Part shown: positions 16,647 to 27,743 of the stretch, in pieces
Numbering within the stretch: the first letter of the stretch is position 1
How the letters are laid out: every line of letters starts with the position of its first letter
Assembly (NCBI GenBank): GCA_964016885.1
Contig: OZ024740.1
Location: forward strand, 49,972,001 to 50,036,000
Length of the DNA stretch: 64,000 nucleotides
Source of the DNA: Eledone cirrhosa
Lineage: Eukaryota
Reading direction: 5' to 3'
Notes under the pieces: generated by a model
What the model was told of the DNA's origin: nothing
Database searches by the model: none
What the model saw: only the letters and a program-made list of their open reading frames with translations
Position numbers and translations under genes: made by a program

Positions 16647-19600
16647 ACAAACAAACAAATTAACAACACACCAAAACAATTAAAACCATCCACTCTGGCC
16701 TCAACATTTTTGCTTAACGCCCAAGGCATCAGCCCTTCCACCAATACTCAAAAATGGAAGATCAAATTCCTGGAGGACTGGGTTGATGTCCATCCAAACC
16801 ACATCCATTTCTTCGTCCTCACTGAAACCCATCTCAGTAACCTCCAGTTGGAAGCCGAGGTGAAAGTGAAAAATGTCAAAGCCATCCGTGCTGATCACGC
16901 TGGCAGAAGAAAGGGTGGACTGCCATTTATGTCCATAATTCTTTCTCAACAGAGGCTATGAACATATTTACTAATGGATACTGCGAAGCAGTCACTGTAT
17001 TCAGTTAAACCAACAACCTAATAGTAGTTGGGCTCTATAGGCTACCCCAAACGCCTCTACCATGCTTCAAGGAATGCCTCAACAGCATCAAGTGTATCAT
17101 CCAAGAGTGTCACCCTGACAACATCTTAATGATGGGGGACTTCAACCTCCCCGGAGTTGACTGGTCCACAAACAGCCTGCCACAGGGAAGCAGTGGAATC
17201 GCTTCTTGACTTCATGGATGATTTCTTCCTGTCCCAACTGGTGCTCGAACCAACGAGGTGTCACAAATACGTCCTAGACTTAATTTTCAGCAATCACACT
17301 GACAACATCTACAATATTGCAGTGGAGAAAACTCTACTCTCTGATCATGACATGGTTCTCTGTGATCTGATATTCCACCGTCCAATATAAAAACCCAATG
17401 TCATCTCTCCTGTCCATCCGTTTGACGTTATGGATTTCCACAATGCAAACTGGGAAGCGATCAGTCATGATCTTGCACATGTCGACTGGTCCTTCACGCA
17501 CACTCATACACCCACTCACATCAAAAAGTCCTGGCAGACATTTGTGGACAATGTTACAAACATATGTGCAAAACACACCCCATTAAGAACTATAAACAAA
17601 TCTAAGAGCAGAATCCCTAGAAATAGAAAAACGCTCATCAGGAAAATTAAGAGAACTAACAAAAAAATCAACAAGCTGAAATACTGTCAGCAGCAACACA
17701 TCAACTTAACTGCCATTTCATCACTAGAGATTAAAAAACATAACCTCCAAAACAATATGTCTATCATCAACAATCAGAGAAGAGCTGAAGAGGCCTGGGC
17801 CATTGAGAAGATCAAACTCAATCCCAAAGTGTTCTTTTCATTTGCAAAAAGACACAAAATCACTGGCTCTACTGTTGGCCCTCTAATTGATGAAAATGGC
17901 ACTCTTCAAGACAATGCTAAAACCATGGGTGAGATACTGCAGAAACAATACTGCTCTGTTTTCAGCAATCCTGATATGGCCGATCTGGGCTGTATCGGCG
18001 ATGTTACTCCCCATTACACCTTATCGGACATAACGTTTGGCGCCCCTGATGTCTTAGCGGCAATAAAGGAAATCAAGCATAATTCAGCAGTAGGTCCCGA
18101 TAGGTTCCCTGCTTGTGTCTTGAAGGCGTGTCAATACCAACTTGCATCTCCTCTTGCCAATCTGTGGCGGAACTCACTGGATGCTGGATATGTGCCAGAA
18201 AACCTTCTATCCCAGTCTGTTGTCCCAGTTTTCAAAAAAGGAAACAAATCCCTTGCCGTGAATTACCGTCCAATCTCACTCACCTCTCATATCATTAAGG
18301 TATTTGAGACAGTGGTGAGATCGCGAATGACTCAATTCCTTGAGAGTAACAATATGCTGAACTCCAACCAGCATGGATTCCGTAATGGAAGGGATTGCCT
18401 GACGCAGCTACTGCATCACTTTGATGACATTTTGAGAGCCTTGGGAGAGGGTTCCAACACTGATGTTATCTACCTTGATTTCAGCAAGGCCTTTGACAGT
18501 GTTGATCACAACATTCTACTGAGAAAGCTGTCCAATATTGGTGTCACTGGAAAGCTGCTGCAGTGGATCAAGAGCTTCCTGTCAAACAAAACCCAACATG
18601 TTGTAGTCGAAGGAGTCAAATCCAGCCCACCCAAAGTCAGTAGTGGGGTCCCACAAGGCACTGTGTTGGGCCCACTTCTCTTCATCATCTATATTAATGA
18701 CATCACTGACATCATCAAACACAGCAACATTAGAATTTTCGCTGATGATTCCAAGCTCCAAAAGGTCATCAATGGCGTGGATGACCGGATAAGCCTTCAG
18801 TCAGACCTACTGGCTGTTACCCAATGGACGGAAAAGAACAACATGTTACTGAACGAAGACAAATTCGAACTGATCCACTTTGGAAAAGAGGATGCTCTGA
18901 AACTCCCGTACACCCTTCCCTCCGGTGAAACTCTCGTGGCATCTAACAACATCAGAGACTTGGGAGTTACCGTGGACAGCAACATAAGCTGGGCCACGCA
19001 TATAAGCAGCAAAGTTGACATGGCCCGCAGAATGTGTTCCTGGATCCTCAGAACCTTCCAGTCGAGAGATTCCCACACCATTATCCTTCTCTTCTCCACT
19101 TTTGCCCGACCACACCTTGAATACTGTTGTCCACTGTGGTCTCCCCACACGAAACAAAGTCTCATGAAACTTGAAGCTCTCCAAAGGGCAATCCCGAAAA
19201 AGATAGATGGCATGTCAGACCTTGACTACTGGGGTCGACTAGAAAAGCTGAAACTTTACTCACTCCAACGTCGCCGTGGGCGTTATATTATCTGCATGAT
19301 GTGGAAAATGTTTCATCAGCACTGCCCAAATGATGTTGGCATCACCTTCAAAATACACCCAAGGCTTGGGCCCCGTGCTATCCGTCCCAAACAAAAATCT
19401 AAATCGCAACACATAACAACAATACGGCACAATTATTTCAATCTCAATTGGCCCTGCTCTCTTCAACATCACACCAGGACACGTCAAAACAGAAACTGAC
19501 CACACAAAATTCAAGAAGTCTTTGGACAAATTCCTCCAAGTAATCCCGGACAAACCACCCACACCCGGATATGTCTCCGCAAACAGTAATTCTCTTCTCG

Positions 19601-19730
19601 AATGGGCCATGGTGCCCAAATCCTGAGTTGAAAGACTTCGCCAGGTGGTGCTATTAAGTTAGACATGGCCTGGGCCAATACTGGCCAAAACATTTCAAAG
19701 TTATTCAAAGTTACATACATACATACATAC
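16647..19730 (+). mobile_element. CR1-group LINE (APE endonuclease + RT), 5'-truncated, (TACA)n tail
   Basis: Frameshifted EN motifs LNAQG, LTETHL, MGDFNLP, LDLIFSN, SDH (16700-17390); RT ORF follows; tail AAGTTACATACATAC. Confidence 0.9.
17430..19499 (+). CDS. LINE ORF2 reverse transcriptase portion (open segment of a disrupted ORF2)
   Basis: NYRPISLTS, NQHGFR, YLDFSKAFDSVDH, SGVPQGTVLGPLLF, FADDSKL, RPHLEYCCPLWSP. Confidence 0.88.
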   Translation: MDFHNANWEAISHDLAHVDWSFTHTHTPTHIKKSWQTFVDNVTNICAKHTPLRTINKSKSRIPRNRKTLIRKIKRTNKKINKLKYCQQQHINLTAISSLEIKKHNLQNNMSIINNQRRAEEAWAIEKIKLNPKVFFSFAKRHKITGSTVGPLIDENGTLQDNAKTMGEILQKQYCSVFSNPDMADLGCIGDVTPHYTLSDITFGAPDVLAAIKEIKHNSAVGPDRFPACVLKACQYQLASPLANLWRNSLDAGYVPENLLSQSVVPVFKKGNKSLAVNYRPISLTSHIIKVFETVVRSRMTQFLESNNMLNSNQHGFRNGRDCLTQLLHHFDDILRALGEGSNTDVIYLDFSKAFDSVDHNILLRKLSNIGVTGKLLQWIKSFLSNKTQHVVVEGVKSSPPKVSSGVPQGTVLGPLLFIIYINDITDIIKHSNIRIFADDSKLQKVINGVDDRISLQSDLLAVTQWTEKNNMLLNEDKFELIHFGKEDALKLPYTLPSGETLVASNNIRDLGVTVDSNISWATHISSKVDMARRMCSWILRTFQSRDSHTIILLFSTFARPHLEYCCPLWSPHTKQSLMKLEALQRAIPKKIDGMSDLDYWGRLEKLKLYSLQRRRGRYIICMMWKMFHQHCPNDVGITFKIHPRLGPRAIRPKQKSKSQHITTIRHNYFNLNWPCSLQHHTRTRQNRN

Positions 19731-19746
19731 ATATATATATATATGA

Positions 19747-19862
19747 AGGCGTGTGGCTGAGTGGTTAGAGAATTGGATTCGCAATCGTGAGGTTGTGAGT
19801 TCGATTCCTGGACCAGGCGATGCGTTATGTCCTTTAGCAAGACACTTTATTTCATGTTGCTC
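19747..19862 (+). mobile_element. tRNA-derived SINE 5' part
   Basis: A-box TGGCTGAGTGG, B-box AGTTCGATTCC, then GTCCTTTAGCAAGACACTT core-like motif. Confidence 0.7.
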
Positions 19863-22345
19863 CTTCTACCTGGAGTTGCGACCGATAGATAGTATTAGCA
19901 ATTGGAAAGACCAACGGAAACATTGTTTCCTCGGTCCGATTTGACGAAAGTTGATCGTTCCTTCATATATATATATATATATATATATATAACAATTATA
20001 TGTGTTAAGAGCAATTAGACAGAAATATGCCTAAATTTTCTTCAAAGTCCTGCCTGCACAGTTTCACCGATTGGTATGCAACCAAAGTGCAACTAAAGTA
20101 CACTCGGGCCGTAAGGTTATCGGCCTTTCAAGAGACGATTTCCTTAACTGATCGCTACCAGCGAAAAATATATACAAAACAAAATATTTTTATAACATTC
20201 TATAACATTTATACATAGCAAGGTATTTTGTCCGACGCGTTACCGATATTGCCAATCCAACGCCTTATATTAACACAAAATATAAAATATCCAAAACAGT
20301 ATCTGAAACAAAGTTTGAGTAGGTTGCTGATTAAACATTGTGTATATTTAATATATACACTGAATATAGTGTATATATGTGTTGCGATGTTACTGGTGCC
20401 ATGCTGCAGCGGCCTTTACCTTTCCCTTGGACAACATCAGTGGCGTGAAGAGGGGAGATTAGTATGCATGTCTTCCACAAAATGCTATGCCCGGACTTGT
20501 GCCTCGAAAGGAAAACTTTCTAGGTGAAAATTCCATGGTCATTCGTGACCAAAGTTCAAATCTCCCCTGAATTGACTTTTATATAATTGAATTCAGTAAA
20601 ATAGTATGTCTATGTTATGATAAATTGAAAGTAAAATCCAGTTAACTGCTAAATTTAGTATTAGTCCTTGAAATAGGACCATAATTAACCATGTTGATAC
20701 ATATCAACTAACTGAAGGTTTTACGTTTCAAATGGCGTCACCCACTTGTTGGGTGCAGTTGATGGCCAAAGATAAACAACACTGCATAATTAACAAATGT
20801 TTATATATCTTGCGATACTAAGCTTAAATCTCCCCTTGAGACTGGATAACGTAAAAGAAAACCACTCTTGTGTGCTCTACCTTGCTATTTTGTTTCAACT
20901 CGACGAATAGTTGAATGTTGTCCAATAACTCAGTAGATTTCTAAATCTCTCTTGCACTCCCCAGTGATATACCATACTACAGCTAGCTGAACCAATTTTC
21001 CTAATTCAGAATAAGTAAATAAATTGTCCATATTCTATACTGAAGTGTTGCATTATAAATTATAAAAATAGCTATTAATCTAGCCAATATGGTTAAAATG
21101 CTGGTGGAACTTTAAAAAAAGATTATAGTGTCACTTACCACACGCCAATTTTCCTCTAGAACTGAAAATTACTTAATCAATTTCACTGTAAATCTTACAC
21201 GAAATGTTTAGTACTTTATCTATATATATATATTTTTTATTTTCACTTATCTTAAATTATATTCATTTGACATAATTTTTCTTGCCTTTTTTATAAGCCA
21301 AGATATTTTCATCTAAAACATTTGAAGGAAAATAATCAAATTTCATTTTATTTCCAACGTACAAAATAAAGGAACAAATATGGGAAATATGTTCTAAATT
21401 TATTTAATATGTTTAACTTCTGGTCTTTCTTGTTACCGAAACTGAATTATTTTTCAACTGATCAGAATGCTAACTGCTCAGCTCTGTAATTTTCACCGGA
21501 TGTATCAATTTACAATTATGGCTATAAAAATGTGTAGCAAGTAATCATTTTTTTCTCAAAAGATTAACTTTTCAACATCAATCATGAAGAATTGATTATT
21601 TAGAATTGCCACTTCCAGTCAATAATTTTACATTTCCCTTGATAACTCTATAAAACTCATATTTTTAATCAACAATCTGCTATTTTACTATTTCATTATG
21701 TTCAGTTTGAAAGAAAATTAATTTTCAGTAGAGTAATCATAGGAAGTTGTTTGGATTCTAACCTGATCATTTGAACAGCGTCTCAAATTGATGTTGCATA
21801 ACATACCATTATTAGCATTTAACAGTGTACTTTTATTCAGAATTTTGTTAAAAAAAAGAATTTCTCATTTTATTAATTTAATAATCAAATTTCAAAAAGT
21901 CTAAACTAATACGATTCTACCAATGCTGCCACCATCATCAACAGGGTGCAGTATATTTGGTTGTTGCTTTGCGACGTGGATGCCCTAATCAAGCAAACAT
22001 ATGATCAAAGATTTCCCAAACTTGATTATAAATCCTTATTGTATACCAGAACTAAATTGTTCTTCCCTTTTTAAAATGTTGGGTGTGGTTTGAGCGAGAT
22101 TGAGTAATCGATTTCATGCAGTTGATTGAACAAATGGCGGCGGCGTAAATGTGTTGTCATTGACTTTCTTTCTCTCCGTTGTTCGTTTGTATAGACGCTC
22201 AACATCCTAGAAACAATAGCAAAATCTCCTCAAATTACACCCCACTATCTTTAAAATGAAAGACACGTTGGATAATACATTCCTTAGTGAATTATTTCTA
22301 AATAAATAAGATAATCACATCTTCAACAAGTTTTGTCATATATAC

Positions 22346-22500
22346 ATATATATAAAACTGTAGTTGTCTGTGTGTGTGTCCTCATTTTTGCAAAGTCTAT
22401 ACAAATCCACATTTCTACTCCGATTGACTTCAAACTTGCATTTATATATTCCTTGCGGTCTAAAGATATTAACTGCAGCTTTTATTTTTCAATTTTCTGT
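22346..22500 (+). mobile_element. Helitron-like 5' end; related copy at ~35435-35482 (-)
   Basis: TATATATAAAA..GTGTGTGTGTCCTCATTTTTGCA shared by both loci; resembles non-autonomous Helitron 5' termini. Confidence 0.4.
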
Positions 22501-22631
22501 TGTTAAAGGAGTGTTAGGCGCCGGTTAACGATCTACGTCGCGCCCTTATAATATCTGTCTGTATGTCTTACTGTCTGCATAACGACATTACGACCAACAC
22601 GTCATTGCTGACGTATTATCTTCGCCACATT

Positions 22632-22705
<74 letters not shown>

Positions 22706-22792
22706 TACATATACACATACATATATACACATACACACACATATATACACACACACACATATATATACACATATATATACACATATACATGC

Positions 22793-22839
<47 letters not shown>

Positions 22840-22981
22840 CAAACATATATATATATATATATATATATTAGGGTAAACATTGATGCAGTTCAATTCAGGC
22901 ACTCAATGTAGGAGTGACGGAGTAAATATCGAATAAGGAAAAGCGAAGTAGTTTCAGATGTTCAAGTCCTTTAATAATAAT

Positions 22982-23055
22982 GCTGTGATATATATTTCAA
23001 TGACGACACTGGCCACACTGTTCTGTGTGCGAGTGTCGTGTCATCATCAGACAGC
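22982..23055 (-). ncRNA. Type I hammerhead ribozyme
   Basis: GCUGU-CUGAUGA-UGAC ACGACACU..AGUGUCGU CAUU-GAAA-UAUAUA-UC/ACAGC. Confidence 0.85.
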
Positions 23056-24372
23056 TTGTTACATAATAAGGTTGTTTCCGAGGCAATCCAAATTGAATCG
23101 ACATGGGAACGGATGAAGTTCGTGCTTTTGGGTTTTTCATCCGTTCCCTTGTGAGTACCAATTCACCCCCACCGGTCTGCGCAAGCGCATGTCCGAAGGA
23201 AGTTGACCATTAGCACCGCAGATTTCAACGAAATTCGCTGTCAGTGGCCCACCTATGCCCTGCCAAAGTTTACTGCTACCCATCACTACTGTGGCAGTCA
23301 GCCGAAAGCCAGAGGGGATGGGAGGGTGTTAGTTTTTATAGGTCATAATACTACCTTTCACTAAGCGTTGACAGTAAGACTGACCATCAACTCATAAGGG
23401 AAAATAAACGTAATTCTAGGTACTATGGTTTTACATTGTAAGTTAAGAGTGAGAGGTGGAAATAAAAATTAAAATTAAAAGTTAAAATCCTAAATCAAAT
23501 ATCAGAGATTATAAATTAAACAATTAAAAATTCAAAAATTGAAAATTCAAAAATTTTTTTAAAGTGATAATTCGGATTGAGTAAAAATATAGATTGAAGT
23601 GAGTAAATAATATGGAGAGAGATGTTTAAGTAATAAATTCTGGGAGGGATTCTAGTGTTACAGTTACTCTATCCACATATTGAACGACAGTGCCGTACAT
23701 TATAACGGAGGTCAAACCACATGGTTCAAGGCATTAGTCAATCTGTTACACGGTCATAATTTCCATCACATGGAACAGAATAAAAAAAACAGACATAAAG
23801 TACACAAAAGAAAAGTAAAGAACAGAACCAATAGTGAATAAATGCAAAAACACAGAGTACATATATGTAAAATGATCCATATGATTGTCCATCTGTCCAT
23901 GTATAGATTGAATTGAGGGGGCTTCTGTTCAAATGCGATTTGGTGCAGGAAAATAGGGGTTTATCTTATTTCCAACTCTCACTCTTAACTTACAATGTAA
24001 AACCATAGTACCTAGAATTAAGTTTATTTTCCCTTATGAGTTGATGGTCAGTCTTACTGTCAACGCTTAGTGAAAGGTAGTATTATGACCTATAAAAACT
24101 AACACCCTCCCATCCCCTCTGACTTTCGGCTGACTGCCACAGTGATGGGTAGCAGTAAACTTTGGCAGGGCATAGGTGGGCCATTGACAGCGAATTTCGT
24201 TGAAATCTGCGGTGCTAATGGTCAACTTCCTTCGGACATGCGCTTGCGCAGACCGGTAGGGGTGAATTGGTACTCACAAGGGAACGGATGAAAAACCCAA
24301 AAGCACGAACTTCATCCGTTCCCATGTCGATTCAATTTGGATTGCCTCGGAAACAACCTTATTATGTAACAA

Positions 24373-24446
24373 GCTGTCTGATGATGACACGACACTCGCA
24401 CACAGAACAGTGTGGCCAGTGTCGTCATTGAAAAATATATCACAGC
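24373..24446 (+). ncRNA. Type I hammerhead ribozyme (inverted copy, stem III point change)
   Basis: As 22982-23055 but GAAAAAUAUAUC instead of GAAAUAUAUAUC. Confidence 0.75.
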
Positions 24447-24492
24447 ATTATTATTAAAGGACTTGAACATCTGAAACTACTTCGCTTTTCCT

Positions 24493-24577
<85 letters not shown>

Positions 24578-24584
<7 letters not shown>

Positions 24585-24774
24585 ATGTGTGTTGTATATA
24601 TATGTATGTCTCTCTATTTATATGTCTATCTTCGTATCTATGTGGATATATGTGTGTGTGTGTGCATGTATGCACATATATGTGTTTATGTGTATATGTG
24701 TGTATGTGTGTATATATGTGTGTGTGCACACACACATATATATGTGAGTGTGTATATGTGTCTGTGTATATGTA

Positions 24775-24820
<46 letters not shown>

Positions 24821-24906
24821 TGTCTATGTGTGAGTATATGTCTATATTCGTATGTGTGTATATATGTATGTATATGTTTATTTGTATATATATATATATA
24901 TATATG

Positions 24907-24943
<37 letters not shown>

Positions 24944-25070
24944 TATTATTATAATATAACTTATGTGTATGTGTGTATACGTGAGGTTGTATATGTGTAT
25001 ATAATATGTGTATATATAAGTGTAAAAAAAAAATATATATATATATATATATGTGCATGTCTGTTTTTTA

Positions 25071-25102
<32 letters not shown>

Positions 25103-25202
25103 CGTGTGTATATATATGTATATGTGGGTGTTTGTATGTGTATTTATGGTGGTATGTGTGTGTGGGTATCTATATATATATATATATGTGAATGTATGTG
25201 TG

Positions 25203-25263
<61 letters not shown>

Positions 25264-25602
25264 CTCTATTAATGCGTGTATATATGTATATACATATGCC
25301 TTTTTATTTTTATTTGTATGTCTGAGTTAGGTGAGGTTGTAGTGGTGTTTCTATGTATATACGCATATATGGATGCGTATGTATTTGTATATATGAGTAT
25401 AAGTAAGTGCATATGTATGTATGATTATATATCTAATTCTATGTATGAATATACATGTATATATATGTGTGTATGTAAGTTGCGTGTGTATGTATGTATA
25501 TGTCTATGTGTGTATATATATATGTATGTATATCGATGTACGTGTATGTATGTACATGTATGTCTATGTATGTGTGTATGTATGTGTGTGTATATATATA
25601 TG

Positions 25603-25645
<43 letters not shown>

Positions 25646-25891
25646 ATATATATATATATGTATATATCTTTATTATTTATTTTTTTTATATATATGTGTG
25701 TGTGTGTATGTGTTGTGTGTGTGTGTATATATATCTTTATATATGTGTATGTGTATGTTCGTGTAGGTGTATGTGTGTGTATAACTTTATATGTATGTGT
25801 GTATGTGTGTATGCGTATATATTTCTATGTGTGTGTACATGTATGTATGTGTGTGTATGTGTATGTATGTGTGTGTATGTGTATATGTATG

Positions 25892-25928
<37 letters not shown>

Positions 25929-26304
25929 GTATATATATGTGTGTGTATATGTATATATATATATATATATATCTATATGTTTTTCTATTTGTATATGTAT
26001 GTGTGTATAGGTATATACCTTTCTCTTTGTATGTCTAAGTTGTGTGATAGTGTAGTGGTGTTTGTATGTATATACCGATATATAGATGCGTAAGTATTTG
26101 TCTGTATGTATATATGTAAGTCTGTATATATTTGTGTGTATATATAGCTATGTATGTGTATATCTGTATGTATATTAGTATGTAAGTGTTGTATATGTGC
26201 ATGTATGTGTGTGGTTTTTTTTATATATATATATGTGTCTATATAGTATGTGTGATTATATGTATATGTGTGTGTATATGTACGTGTATATGCATATATA
26301 TGTA

Positions 26305-26347
<43 letters not shown>

Positions 26348-26554
26348 ATTTGTATGTATATGTGTATATGTATGTATGTGTGTATATGTATATGTTTATA
26401 TATGTGTGTGTATGTATGTTCTTAGTGTGGATGTGTGTATATGTATGTATGTGTTTGTATATGTGTGTATATATATGTATGTGTGTGTGTGTGTCTATGT
26501 ATATATATATGTATATTATATATATATGTGTGTGTATATATATATATATATATG

Positions 26555-26601
<47 letters not shown>

Positions 26602-27454
26602 TCTTGATATATTTCTTTTTTCTTTTTTCTTTTTTCTTTTTTCTTTCTATTCTTTCCTCTTTAATGTTTATTTATTATTTATTTTTTATTTTCTTAGTTT
26701 ATAGATACATCTATATTAGGCAGTCTGCTCAGACCGTTGAATACTGACCTCTCCCCCCCCCCCTCCCACCTAATTTCTGTATCTTGATCTAAAAATGTGT
26801 GTGCCAGTGTTTATGTGAGTGAATTAATATCCATGTGCTTATGATTTTATATCCACATATATAAATGTGAGTGGGGGTGTGTGTGTGTTTGTATGTTCGT
26901 GGTTATGTGTATATTTATGCATATACGCGCGTGTATGTGTGATTGTACGGATGTGTGTGAGTATGAAAAAATATATTTATATACTTAATTTCATATCTGT
27001 GTGTCAATACGCATCTTATCTGTGCATTATAAACTTACAGAGACATTAACCTTGAAATTTTGTATTTGCATCCATCCTTTTAGTATGCGTATACAAATTA
27101 TACATACATTTTTGTAAAATATGTGTAAGGGTTTTACATGTATATACACACACCGAACTGCATTTAACCCTTTGTGTTTTCATTGGTCAATTTTGTTCCC
27201 AAACGGACCTGAAATTTTGAATTGTTGTTATTATCAATAAATATACTTCATTATTTCTGAAGACGGCGTATATATGTGTTGGTATGTATATTTAATCTTG
27301 ATAGTTTGTATAATTTTGTATAATTTTGTACATAGATCTGTTGAATATGCATGCCAATTCTAACACATATATATCCTAGAAACGATCGTTAAATAATGAA
27401 CTTTTTTTGTTTAATATAAGGAATTGTTTATTCATTATTTGTTTAATATTTTAT
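24578..27454 (+). repeat. 5' pseudo-LTR (~2.9 kb, mostly TA/TG low complexity)
   Basis: Matches 31636-34535 apart from mostly microsatellite or homopolymer length differences. Confidence 0.92.
27247..27400 (+). ncRNA. Type I hammerhead ribozyme with ~115-nt stem II
   Basis: UUCAUUAUUU-CUGAAGA-..UAUAUAUGUGUUGG..CUAACACAUAUAUA..-GAAAC-GAUC-GUU/AAAUAAUGAA; perfect 10-bp stem I; palindrome AACGAUCGUU. Confidence 0.8.
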
Positions 27455-27743
27455 CTTGACTCTGTATACCGTTTATCTTTCACCGAAAGTGATTTTTCAT
27501 TACATCTCTTCTTTCCATGATATCCGGAATACATTGAGTTCTTCATACGGATTGGACACTACCGTAAACTCTTGGTAGATTTATCTACATAATTTTGCTC
27601 CTATTTTCACGGAAATATTCGTATTTTTGTACTGTATGTGTGTATTAATTTTATATTTATGTATATACATATATATATGTATGACTTTGTAAACCCATAT
27701 ACATTTAGTTGAGCTCTTTCAATTGTCCATCATCCATATCACA

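Larger units (their letters stand above)
22869..24497 (-). mobile_element. Non-coding PLE remnant with ~535-bp inverted pLTR pair (22931-23465 / 23966-24497)
   Basis: Arms are near-identical reverse complements around a 500-bp spacer; each has an outward-reading hammerhead; left arm extends ~60 bp further; microsatellite flanks. Confidence 0.85.

Noticed and set aside
19747-19820. tRNA gene
   Set aside because: A/B boxes are present but there is no full cloverleaf and it continues into a SINE body
22931-24497. DNA transposon with long TIRs
   Set aside because: Arms carry hammerheads and are asymmetric at the outer end, and no TSD is visible; fits inverted pLTRs better
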